Below are positions 36,441 through 46,036 of a DNA stretch of 64,000 bases, one piece after another (the stretch's first letter is position 1; the number at the start of each line of letters is the position of its first letter). A program made the position numbers and the translations under genes. The notes under the pieces are model-generated. The model searched no databases. It saw only the letters and a list, made by a program, of their open reading frames with translations, and was not told where the DNA came from. The DNA comes from an uncultured Bacteroidia bacterium (GTDB lineage: Bacteria; Bacteroidota; Bacteroidia; JANWVE01): contig CALIZB010000007.1 of NCBI GenBank assembly GCA_938028625.1, forward strand, positions 433 to 64,432, given 5' to 3'.

Positions 36441-36587
36441 AATGCCTTGAATAGCCGCAATTTTAATACTAAATAAAGCCTCATTCAGTATTCAAAGTGC
36501 AAATTTACTTAAAAAGCAAGGTTATATTTGCAATTTTAAGGTAAGTTTATTTGTTTTGTTTCTTTAAATCAAGGATTATCGTAAAGT

Positions 36588-39500
36588 ATGCAAAATCTAC
36601 CGTTGCAATTTGGCTTTGAGTATGCGGATTTGTATAAACCGCACCGTTTACAAGACCTATTAAATGCTTTCTATAAGTTTTTAGAACAGGAAAATGCAGA
36701 AGTATCTGCTGAATTTGTTGCGTATTCTCACAGAAAAAAAGAATTTTCTGTGGTTGAAGAAGGAAATCTGTTAGTAGCAGTTGCTCCCTATTTAAGTAGG
36801 TTTATAGCTAAACTGTTTAATATAGAAAAAGAAGCAGGCTATAATGTAGAACGCACTCAGGAAACCAAAGTCATCTTTCAGTTCAAGAAAGAATTTATGG
36901 GCAAAAAATATCATAAAAACTTTGACACTACACAGTCTGCTTCTTGGGATTTGAATACACTTACCCATAAAATTAGTGAGTTAATTGGTAATAAACCTGT
37001 TACAGAACAAAGAATTGCTGTACTTGGTATGCAGCTAATTCAGGACGAAAAAAACAATGTTCCCAACAGTAAAGAAAATATACAAACGCTCTTACAGTGG
37101 TTATACAAAGCTAAAAACACTCCTCTTACGCAGGGCTGGGTGTCTTATAGAGTACCACATAAACTTAATTTTGACAAATTAGTAGAACTAGACATACGCA
37201 CTGAGAATACAATTAACGTATTCTACGGACCGCAACAGTACAGACGCAGGCGTGATGGCTTCAAACTGACAGATAAGCGTATGTCAATGTTAGAAATAGA
37301 TGCCGAAACCGATTATTGCATGACTTGTCATGAACGCGAAAAAGACTCTTGTAGTAAAGGTTTATTGAATAAAGAAAAACAAATAGAACGCAATCCGCTG
37401 GGTATAAAGCTCAATGGCTGTCCGTTAGATGTAAAAATATCCGAATTTCAGGCCGTACGCAATATAGGACATAGCATAGGTGCATTAGCCATTATTATGA
37501 TAGACAATGCTACCGTAGCGGGTACAGGACATAGAATTTGTAATGATTGTATGAAATCCTGTATCTATCAAAAGCAAGAACCTGTAAATATTCCACAGAA
37601 TGAAACCGCCGCACTTTGGGAAACCCTTCAATTGCCTTATGGTTTTGAAATATTCTGCCTGCTCCAAAAATGGAATCCATTAAATAGAGATTGTCCCGTA
37701 GAAAAGCCGTATAATGGTAAAAAAGTGCTTGTAGTAGGCTTAGGCCCCGCAGGATACACGCTTACACAATATCTCTCCCGTGAGGGTTTTGGGGTCGTAG
37801 GTATTGATGGGCTAAAATTAGAACCTTGGTCAAGAGAATTAGTTGGAGATATAGAAAATGGTATTTTACCTAAACCTATCAAAGATGTAAAAGAACTCAT
37901 TGCAGAAACTGATGAACGCATTATTGCAGGTTTTGGAGGCGTTTCTGAATATGGAATTACAGTTCGTTGGGATAAAAACTTTCTTAACTTAACCTATTTA
38001 GCACTATCTCGCAAAAATCATGTACGCTTTTACGGAGGTATCCGTTTTGGAGGTACGCTTACCGCAGAAGAAGCCTTAGATTTAGGCTTTGACCATATTG
38101 CCTTAGCTACAGGCGCAGGAAAACCCACAGTTATTGATATAAAAAATAATCTTACTCGGGGTATTCGCAAAGCCAGTGATTTTTTAATGAACTTACAGCT
38201 CAGCGGCGCCGCTAAAAAAGACTCTATGGCAAACGTTCAGGTACGCCTGCCTGCTATTGTTATAGGTGGAGGATTAACCGCTATTGATACCACTACAGAA
38301 GTTGCCGCTTATTATCCTATTCAGGTAGAAAAAGTATATAACCGTTACAAACGCTTAATAGAATTGTACGGTGAAGATTTTGTACTGTCTAATTTTCAGG
38401 GAGAAAACAGAATTATTCTACAAGAATTTTTAGAACACGGTAAAATTATAGCCGAAGAACGTGAACGCGCAAGAAAAGCAGGTGAAACTCCAGATTTTGC
38501 AACTTGGGTACAGCGCTGGGGAGGAGTTAAGATGTGCTACCGAAAACGCCTCGTTGATTCACCTGCATATAGATTAAATCATGAAGAAATTCATAAAGCA
38601 CTAGAAGAAGGAATAGGAATCATAGAAAAGCTAAATCCCGTAGAAGCTGTAAAAGATGAGTATGGTGCATTATCCGCAGTAATTATGGAAAAAACAGAGC
38701 TTTTACCTGACGGAAAATGGATAAATACAGGAGAATATGTAACTTTACCTTGTCGTTCTTTATTTGTTGCCGCAGGAACTTCACCTAATACTGTCTATAA
38801 TAAAGAGCATAAAGGTACTTTTGAACTTCACCCGAAGAATGGATATTTCAAAAAACATAAAATTGTATATGATTTAGAAGGCAAACCAACACTATTGCCT
38901 GCCGAAGATACTGAAAAAGCCTGTTTTACGTCATTCAATTACAAAGGTAAATTTGTATCTTTCTATGGAGATAATCACCCTGATTATAGTGGAAATGTAG
39001 TTAAAGCAATGGCTTCTGCCAAAGATTTCTATAAAGATGTAGTACGCGTACTTACACACAAACAAAACTTAAATGGTGACATAAAAGAATGGCAGAATTT
39101 CACGCAAAAACTTGATGAACTGCTTATTGCAGAAGTGGTAGAAGTAGTCCGTCTAACCCCAACTATAGTAGAAGTGATTGTAAAAGCACCACTTGCTGCG
39201 CGTAAATTTGAACCTGGTCAATTCTATAGATTACAAAATTTTGAAAGTACAGCCACTATTATAGAAAATACAAAATTAGTTACCGAAGGACTTGCCCTTA
39301 CAGGTGCATGGGTAGACAAAGAAAAAGGTTTGCTCTCTACCATAGTTTTAGAAATGGGAAGCAGTTCGCGTATGCTTGCTACACTTAAAAAAGGTGAGCG
39401 GATTGTTCTTATGGGACCCACAGGCGAACCTACTTATATTCCTGAAAATAAAAATGTGCTTCTACTCGGTGGAGGCTTAGGTAATGCGGTGCATTTCTCT

Positions 39501-40124
39501 ATTGCCAAAGCTATGAAAGAAAAAGGTAACAAAGTGCTTTATTTTGCAGGATATAAAAACTCCGCAGATGTATTCAAAATGGACGAGATAGAAAAATCTA
39601 CGGATATTGTGGTATGGTCTAATGACATTGGAGAGCCTATTCAGCCCCGCAGAACACAAGATAAAACCTTTACTGGTAACATTTTGCAGGCTATGATGGC
39701 CTATCATAATGGAGAACTCGGTGAAACTTCAATTAAACTTACAGATATTGACCATATTATTGTCATAGGTTCAGACAGAATGATGGCGGCAGTAAAACAA
39801 GCAAGACACACTACGTTCAAAGATATTTTCAAATCTGAACATGTTGCTATCGGAAGTATAAACTCTCCTATGCAATGTATGATGAAAGAAATTTGTGCCC
39901 AATGTTTATGCAAGCACGTAGACCCTGTTACAGGCAAAGAAGTTGAACCTGTATTCTCCTGCTTTAATCAAGACCAAGAACTTGACCGTGTAGATTTTGC
40001 TAATCTTAATGAACGCTTATCGGCTAATGCCACTTTAGAAAAACTTTCTAATCTATGGCTTACACACCTCTACAAACAGGCAGAGAGTGTTAAAAACACA
40101 GAAAATCAGATTGTATTAGTATAG
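36588..40124 (+). CDS. 1178-aa fusion oxidoreductase: unknown N-terminal region + GltD/NfnB-like FeS-flavoprotein + PyrK/NfnA-like FAD/[2Fe-2S] module
   Basis: Cys clusters CMTCHEREKDSC and CNDCMKSCIYQK. Dinucleotide folds KVLVVGLGPAGYT and AIVIGGGLTAIDT. FNR-like FEPGQFYRL, VLLLGGGLGNAV. C-terminal CMMKEICAQCLC...FSCFNQDQ. Confidence 0.75.
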   Translation: MQNLPLQFGFEYADLYKPHRLQDLLNAFYKFLEQENAEVSAEFVAYSHRKKEFSVVEEGNLLVAVAPYLSRFIAKLFNIEKEAGYNVERTQETKVIFQFKKEFMGKKYHKNFDTTQSASWDLNTLTHKISELIGNKPVTEQRIAVLGMQLIQDEKNNVPNSKENIQTLLQWLYKAKNTPLTQGWVSYRVPHKLNFDKLVELDIRTENTINVFYGPQQYRRRRDGFKLTDKRMSMLEIDAETDYCMTCHEREKDSCSKGLLNKEKQIERNPLGIKLNGCPLDVKISEFQAVRNIGHSIGALAIIMIDNATVAGTGHRICNDCMKSCIYQKQEPVNIPQNETAALWETLQLPYGFEIFCLLQKWNPLNRDCPVEKPYNGKKVLVVGLGPAGYTLTQYLSREGFGVVGIDGLKLEPWSRELVGDIENGILPKPIKDVKELIAETDERIIAGFGGVSEYGITVRWDKNFLNLTYLALSRKNHVRFYGGIRFGGTLTAEEALDLGFDHIALATGAGKPTVIDIKNNLTRGIRKASDFLMNLQLSGAAKKDSMANVQVRLPAIVIGGGLTAIDTTTEVAAYYPIQVEKVYNRYKRLIELYGEDFVLSNFQGENRIILQEFLEHGKIIAEERERARKAGETPDFATWVQRWGGVKMCYRKRLVDSPAYRLNHEEIHKALEEGIGIIEKLNPVEAVKDEYGALSAVIMEKTELLPDGKWINTGEYVTLPCRSLFVAAGTSPNTVYNKEHKGTFELHPKNGYFKKHKIVYDLEGKPTLLPAEDTEKACFTSFNYKGKFVSFYGDNHPDYSGNVVKAMASAKDFYKDVVRVLTHKQNLNGDIKEWQNFTQKLDELLIAEVVEVVRLTPTIVEVIVKAPLAARKFEPGQFYRLQNFESTATIIENTKLVTEGLALTGAWVDKEKGLLSTIVLEMGSSSRMLATLKKGERIVLMGPTGEPTYIPENKNVLLLGGGLGNAVHFSIAKAMKEKGNKVLYFAGYKNSADVFKMDEIEKSTDIVVWSNDIGEPIQPRRTQDKTFTGNILQAMMAYHNGELGETSIKLTDIDHIIVIGSDRMMAAVKQARHTTFKDIFKSEHVAIGSINSPMQCMMKEICAQCLCKHVDPVTGKEVEPVFSCFNQDQELDRVDFANLNERLSANATLEKLSNLWLTHLYKQAESVKNTENQIVLV

Positions 40125-40136
40125 GTAAAAAAAATG

Positions 40137-40185
40137 GAAAAGGTCATCTCGGTACGGCTAAAGCCTACTCAATGACCTTTTTTTA
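40137..40185. terminator. Bidirectional hairpin terminator (oxidoreductase/valS, convergent)
   Basis: 10-bp stem AAAAGGTCAT/ATGACCTTTT flanked by an A-run and a T-run. Confidence 0.6.
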
Positions 40186-40193
40186 ACTGTAAT

Positions 40194-42908
40194 TTATATT
40201 AAATTAGAAAGCGTTTCATTGAGCAGTTTTATTTTCTGCAAGGTATCTTCTTGTTTTTTACGCTCATTTTCTATAATTTCGGGTTTGGCATTAGACATAA
40301 ATTTTTCATTATTCAGTTTTGCTTCTATGCTTTTGAGAAAATTCTGCAAATGACTGATTTCCTTTTCAATTTTTGTTTTTTCCGCCTGAATATCTATGTT
40401 TTGGTTAATTTCTATTAAAATTTCCATCGTGCCAATGAGTACAGGCATAGTTTTAGGCACTTTCTGCGAAGTAAAATGCAATTGTATTCCTTTACCTTGT
40501 TCAAATTTAAGCAATTTTTCTATACTGCTTTGGTATATATTCCAGAATTTGTGATGTACGTCAGAAAGATGTATGACAAGGTTATCTTTTGAGGAGAGTT
40601 TTTGCGTATTACGGATATTTCTTAATTCTGTAACAATCTTTAGAACTAATTCAATTTCGTTGAGCAGGGTTTTATCTTGTTTGGAAAGGGATTTTGCCGT
40701 ATAAACAGGTGTAACTATCAAATCTGTTTCAGGATTTGGGTCAATGCTGTGCCATAGTTCTTCTGTGATAAACGGCATGAAGGGGTGTAACAAAGTTAAA
40801 ATATGCTTGAATATGGTAACAGTATGCGTATGAGTATGTTGCGATATATTATTTTTGTTTGGCTTAATCCATTCTAAATAAGTAGAGCAGAAATCGTCCC
40901 AAATCAATTTATACAAAGTCATGAGGGCATCTACAATGCGGAAATTCTCAAAGTGCTGTTCAATTTCAGCAGTGGCTTCATCTAATCGTACCTGTATCCA
41001 TTGCATAGCTATTTGTTCATAATTAGATGCATTTTGAGTGGTATCTTTTGTCCAAGATTGAATTAAACGATAAGCATTCCATATCTTATTAGCCATATTT
41101 CTGCCCTGTTCCATAAGTGGATAATTTACAGGTATAGGTCTGCCCTCTGTATCTTTAACTAATTTACCTTGTGCATCTCGCTGATATTCAATAGGGAATT
41201 TTAAGTCATTACCTGCGGGAGAAGAGAATAACATACCTACCCTTACGCCGTCTGCGGAGAATTTTTCTATCAATTCCAATGGGTCAGGAGAGTTGCCGAG
41301 AGATTTACTCATTTTTTTACCTTCACCATCACGTACAATACCCGTAAGATACACATTTTTAAACGGTATTTTACCTTTGAACTCTAATCCTGCCATAATC
41401 ATGCGAGCAACCCAAAAAAATAAAATTTCAGGAGCAGTAACTAAATCATCAGTAGGATAAAAGTATTTGAAATCAGGATTATCGGGGTCTTTGAAACCAT
41501 CAAAGACAGAAATAGGCCATAACCATGAACTAAACCAGGTATCTACTACATCTTCATCTTGTTTTAGGTCATTTAAGGTATAATTAGGATTGATTTTTTG
41601 TGCTTTTTGTAAGGCTTCTTGTACATTTCTTGCTACAATAATAGAATTATTAGGTAGATAATAAGCAGGAATGCGTTGTCCCCACCATAATTGTCTACTA
41701 ATACACCAGTCTTTTACATTTTCCATCCATACCTTGTATAAATTCACAAACTTTGAAGGATATAACTTAATTTCTCCACTTTCTATTACGGCAAGGGCTT
41801 TTTCTGCTAATGGCTTCATTTTTACAAACCATTGCATAGAAATTTTAGGTTCAACGGGTACTTTGGTGCGTTCAGAAAGTCCTACACGATTTTTATAGTC
41901 TTTAACTTCTTGAATATGTCCTTTTTCTTCTAACTCTTTGGCAATTTTTTTTCGGACTACAAATCTGTCTTCTCCTACATAAATTTGTGCGGCTTCACTC
42001 ATAGTACCATTTGGGGCAATAGTATCAATGATAGGTAAGTTATGTCTGCGTCCAATTTCATAGTCCGCTATGTCGTGTGCGGGAGTAACTTTCAAACAGC
42101 CCGTACCAAATTCTTTGTCTATGTACGTATCTGCAATAACAGGAATAGCACGCTTAATCAAGGGCACATACACTTTTTTATCTATCCAGTGGGTATAACG
42201 TTCATCTTCAGGGTGTACGGCAATAGCAACATCTCCCATAATGGTTTCAGGGCGTACTGTAGCTACTACAAGGTACTCATCAGGATTATCCACACTAAAA
42301 TACTTAATATAATATAGTTTGGACTGCACTTCTTCGTAAATAACTTCTTCGTCAGATACTGTAGTTTCAGCTTTGGGGTCCCAATTAACCACATACATTC
42401 CTCTATACACTAATCCTTTTTCGTATAAATCACAAAATACATCTATTACAGCTTGCGAAAGGTCTTCTTCCATAGTAAAACGGGTTCTTTTCCAATCACA
42501 ACTTGCTCCAAGTTTGCGGAGTTGCTGTAAAATGATACCGCCGTATTTTTCTTTCCATTCCCAAGCATATTTCAGAAATTCTTCGCGGGTAAGAGACTTT
42601 TTACTTATACCTTGTTTAGCGAGCATTTCTACTACTTTGGCTTCTGTGGCAATAGAGGCATGGTCTGTACCTGGCACCCAACAGGCTTCAAAACCTTTCA
42701 TTCTTGCTCTGCGAATAAGAATATCTTGAATAGTGTTATTAAGCATGTGTCCCATGTGGAGTACGCCTGTTACATTCGGAGGAGGTATAACAATAGTGTA
42801 AGGCTTTTTGTCAGGATTAACTTTGGCATAGAAATACCCTTTCTTTTCCCAGTGTGCATACCATTTGCTTTCTATTTGTAGCGGGTTGTATGTTTTCGCA
42901 ATTTCCAT
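40194..42908 (-). CDS. valS: Valine--tRNA ligase
   Basis: PPPNVTGVLHMGHMLNNT (HIGH) and KMSKSLGN (KMSKS). 904 aa with a coiled-coil C-terminus. Confidence 0.97.
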   Translation of the reverse strand: MEIAKTYNPLQIESKWYAHWEKKGYFYAKVNPDKKPYTIVIPPPNVTGVLHMGHMLNNTIQDILIRRARMKGFEACWVPGTDHASIATEAKVVEMLAKQGISKKSLTREEFLKYAWEWKEKYGGIILQQLRKLGASCDWKRTRFTMEEDLSQAVIDVFCDLYEKGLVYRGMYVVNWDPKAETTVSDEEVIYEEVQSKLYYIKYFSVDNPDEYLVVATVRPETIMGDVAIAVHPEDERYTHWIDKKVYVPLIKRAIPVIADTYIDKEFGTGCLKVTPAHDIADYEIGRRHNLPIIDTIAPNGTMSEAAQIYVGEDRFVVRKKIAKELEEKGHIQEVKDYKNRVGLSERTKVPVEPKISMQWFVKMKPLAEKALAVIESGEIKLYPSKFVNLYKVWMENVKDWCISRQLWWGQRIPAYYLPNNSIIVARNVQEALQKAQKINPNYTLNDLKQDEDVVDTWFSSWLWPISVFDGFKDPDNPDFKYFYPTDDLVTAPEILFFWVARMIMAGLEFKGKIPFKNVYLTGIVRDGEGKKMSKSLGNSPDPLELIEKFSADGVRVGMLFSSPAGNDLKFPIEYQRDAQGKLVKDTEGRPIPVNYPLMEQGRNMANKIWNAYRLIQSWTKDTTQNASNYEQIAMQWIQVRLDEATAEIEQHFENFRIVDALMTLYKLIWDDFCSTYLEWIKPNKNNISQHTHTHTVTIFKHILTLLHPFMPFITEELWHSIDPNPETDLIVTPVYTAKSLSKQDKTLLNEIELVLKIVTELRNIRNTQKLSSKDNLVIHLSDVHHKFWNIYQSSIEKLLKFEQGKGIQLHFTSQKVPKTMPVLIGTMEILIEINQNIDIQAEKTKIEKEISHLQNFLKSIEAKLNNEKFMSNAKPEIIENERKKQEDTLQKIKLLNETLSNLI

Positions 42909-42913
42909 AGGGG

Positions 42914-42921
42914 CAAAAATA
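42914..42921 (-). promoter_or_regulatory. -7 box TATTTTTG, 5 nt upstream of valS ATG
   Basis: Exact TAnnTTTG on the minus strand (TATTTTTG-cccct-ATG). Confidence 0.5.
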
Positions 42922-43037
42922 ATAAGAATTCGGGCAACCGTGAGTGAGAAAGAAGTAAAATGCTGTAAGGTTATCTAAAATTTATTCAAAAAAATGTTGA
43001 TTATTCCAAAAATAAAATTAAAATTTGCAATGTTAAA

Positions 43038-45944
43038 ATGAGGTGTAAAATACTTTTATTAAGCATATCGCTGTTTTTAGGGCATTCCCTTACAATAAAG
43101 GCACAAAATGCCTTACTGGATACAGCACGTACTTATACTTCGGCTGCCAAATCTTACAAAAGTCAACAACAAATATCACAAGCGCTTAAAATGTATTTAC
43201 AAGCCATTCCCATTTTTGAAAAATTAAAAGAAACAGATGAATTACAAAGTGCTTACACAGAAACAGGGTACTTATACAGAGATTGGGGATTGTATGACAA
43301 ATCTTTGCTCTATTTTCAGAAAGCCTACCGTTTTGCTGAGCAGAAAGGAAATAACAAAGACAAAATTGCTCTTTTACAAGGTATAGGATACAGTTTTCAG
43401 CAAAATGACGAACCCGACAGTGCCATAAAATACTATCAAAGAGAATATGAACTTTACAAACAACAACAGGATAAACGTGGTATGATAAGCACTTTGTTCA
43501 ACTTATCTAATGTATATAAATCGCAGAACAAATATGAACAGGCACTCAGTAAAAATGAAGAGATATTAGATTTACAGCGGGCATTGAAAGATTCCGCAGG
43601 TACAGCTATTGCCCTCAATAATCTCGGATTTATTTGCAAGTACCTCAAAAAATACGATAATGCTATACAGTACTTTACAGAAGCTATTGAGATTAACAAA
43701 AGCCTGAAAAAGAATACGGAAAACATTACCCCGCTTATCAATGTGGGCATTCTGTATCAGAATAAAAAGAAACTCAAAGAAGCCATGAGTGCTTTTACAG
43801 AAGCCAAAAATATTATTGAAAAAAGTATAGACAAAAACAATAAAAAATACAAAGAAGAGTTGGCTAATGTCTGTAACCTTATCAGTAAAGTATATTATTT
43901 TCAGCAGGAATATGAACCTGCCAAAGAATACGCCAATAAAGCTATCAATATAGGAAAAGAACTTAAAAATCAGGAGATTTTAGTTGACGGCTACAACAAT
44001 CTTTCCGATATCTATCAGAAACAGAGTAATTACAGCAAAGCATTAGAATACTATCAGAAACACATTGCGGCAAGGGATACCCTGCTTATGCAGGAAAAAG
44101 CACAGGAAAAAGCATTACAACAACGCAAAAACCTGTCAGAACGTACAGAAAATGAACTTAAACTGCTTCAAATTGAAAAAGAAATTCGTGAATTAGAACT
44201 GCGCAGGGTACAGTTAGAGAATGAGAAAAAAGAACAGGCGTATGAAATTCTGCTTAAAAACAATGAACTCAAAGAAATTGAACAACGCAAAAAACAATTA
44301 GAACAGGAAAAAGCCTACCAGTTGCTTATTGTAGAAAAACAGCGGGCAGATGCTGAAAAACAACGGGTGGAAACAGAACGCAAACAACAAGAAATTGAAC
44401 TTTTGCAAAAAAATAATGAAGTACAAAATTTAGCCCTCAAACAAAAAGACCTTGAACAGGAAGACAACCGCAAAAAATTAGAACTGCTTAAAAAAGAAAA
44501 AGACCTTAACGACCAAAAACTCCGTGAGGAACGTAATAGGCGTTTATTCTTTATCGGATTGGTAGTGCTTTTTGCCATAATTATCGTTCTAGTACTTATC
44601 AGTTATTTTAATAATCGCAAAAATGCCAAACGCCTGTATCAGCAAAAATTAGAAATTGAAGACAAAAACGAAGAACTTACTGCACAAAAAGAACAGGTAG
44701 AAAAAGCCAATACTGCCCTTATAGAACAAAAACAAAAACTGCAATCTGCTAACGTAACTCTTTTGGAACAGAAAGCAGAAATTGAACTTAAAAACATTGA
44801 ACTGGAAGAGCAGAAAGCCAAAATACAAATGGTTAATCAGGAACTTTCTGCCCAAAAAGAAGAAATTGAACGCAAAAATCAGACATTAGAGGCTCAGCAA
44901 CTTGAAATTCAGCAAAAAAATCAGGAGCTTTTACAGCGTCAGGAAGAACTAGAAACTACTTTGGAGAATTTACGACAAACGCAAGACCAGTTGGTACAGT
45001 CTGAAAAAATGGCAGCGTTAGGTCAGTTGATTGCAGGTATTGCCCATGAAGTAAACACCCCTTTGGGAGCTATCAAAGCCTCCGTAAATAATATTTCCAA
45101 TAGCCTTAAAGAAAGTTTAGAACAACTTCCTAAGTTAAGAGAAATACTTACCGCAGACCAACTTGTCATGTTTTTTGAAATGGTGCGTCACAGCGGAAAT
45201 ACAGAACACTCTATTACTTCCAAAGAAGAACGCAAAATCAAGCGGGAAATGGTCAGTTTTCTCGAAGACAACAACTTTAATGATGCAGATACCCTCGCAG
45301 ACAGTTTGGTAGATATGGGTATTCACGATGCGACTCCTTATTTACCCTTATTACAGTCTGAAAATATAGGTTTTACTATACAATTGGCTTACAATATAGC
45401 TATGCAACAAAAAAATGCAAAAAATGCACTTGTTGCCGTAGAAAAAGCCTCCAAAGTAGTATTTGCACTCAAAAAATTTGCCCGTTATGACCACAGTGGA
45501 GAAATGAGTAAAGCAGATATTGCAGATAATGTAGAAACAGTACTTACTTTGTACCATAATCAGATTAAACAAGGAGTTGATATAGTGCGTAATTATCAAC
45601 CTACCCCTCAAATACTTTGTTATCCTGATGAACTCAATCAAGTATGGACAAATATTATTCATAATGCTCTGCATGCTATGACCAACAAAGGCACATTGAC
45701 TATTGACGTTTTTCCGAAAGATAATTATATTCATGTGCATATCACAGATACAGGACACGGTATTCCGCCTGAAATTCAGGATAAAATATTCAATGCGTTC
45801 TTTACTACTAAAAAAGCAGGTGAGGGCAGTGGTCTGGGTTTGGATATTGTACGCCGTATCATTGAAAAACACGAGGGTAAAATCAATTTTGAAAGCGAAC
45901 CTGGTAAAACAACTTTTATGGTAGAATTACCTATCAAGGAATGA
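43038..45944 (+). CDS. Sensor histidine kinase: signal peptide, periplasmic TPR array, coiled coil, one TM, long cytoplasmic coiled coil, HisKA + HATPase_c
   Basis: TPR repeats in aa 30-370. TM helix LFFIGLVVLFAIIIVLVLISYF. H-box LIAGIAHEVNTPL, N/G boxes HNALHAM, DTGHGIP, GSGLGLDI. No adjacent response regulator. Confidence 0.85.
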   Translation: MRCKILLLSISLFLGHSLTIKAQNALLDTARTYTSAAKSYKSQQQISQALKMYLQAIPIFEKLKETDELQSAYTETGYLYRDWGLYDKSLLYFQKAYRFAEQKGNNKDKIALLQGIGYSFQQNDEPDSAIKYYQREYELYKQQQDKRGMISTLFNLSNVYKSQNKYEQALSKNEEILDLQRALKDSAGTAIALNNLGFICKYLKKYDNAIQYFTEAIEINKSLKKNTENITPLINVGILYQNKKKLKEAMSAFTEAKNIIEKSIDKNNKKYKEELANVCNLISKVYYFQQEYEPAKEYANKAINIGKELKNQEILVDGYNNLSDIYQKQSNYSKALEYYQKHIAARDTLLMQEKAQEKALQQRKNLSERTENELKLLQIEKEIRELELRRVQLENEKKEQAYEILLKNNELKEIEQRKKQLEQEKAYQLLIVEKQRADAEKQRVETERKQQEIELLQKNNEVQNLALKQKDLEQEDNRKKLELLKKEKDLNDQKLREERNRRLFFIGLVVLFAIIIVLVLISYFNNRKNAKRLYQQKLEIEDKNEELTAQKEQVEKANTALIEQKQKLQSANVTLLEQKAEIELKNIELEEQKAKIQMVNQELSAQKEEIERKNQTLEAQQLEIQQKNQELLQRQEELETTLENLRQTQDQLVQSEKMAALGQLIAGIAHEVNTPLGAIKASVNNISNSLKESLEQLPKLREILTADQLVMFFEMVRHSGNTEHSITSKEERKIKREMVSFLEDNNFNDADTLADSLVDMGIHDATPYLPLLQSENIGFTIQLAYNIAMQQKNAKNALVAVEKASKVVFALKKFARYDHSGEMSKADIADNVETVLTLYHNQIKQGVDIVRNYQPTPQILCYPDELNQVWTNIIHNALHAMTNKGTLTIDVFPKDNYIHVHITDTGHGIPPEIQDKIFNAFFTTKKAGEGSGLGLDIVRRIIEKHEGKINFESEPGKTTFMVELPIKE

Positions 45945-46036
45945 TTTATGGTTTCGGTCATGGAGTGGTTCGGCAAGTCTACCAACCATAATGAAGAGTA
46001 CTGGTATTTTCTGCTCGGAATTAGGATTTGGAAATT

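Noticed and set aside
44300-45000. 42-bp periodicity as a possible CRISPR-like or satellite array
   Set aside because: It lies inside an uninterrupted 968-codon ORF. The units are diverged at DNA level and conserved only as a protein heptad pattern. No CRISPR array is present anywhere in the window.
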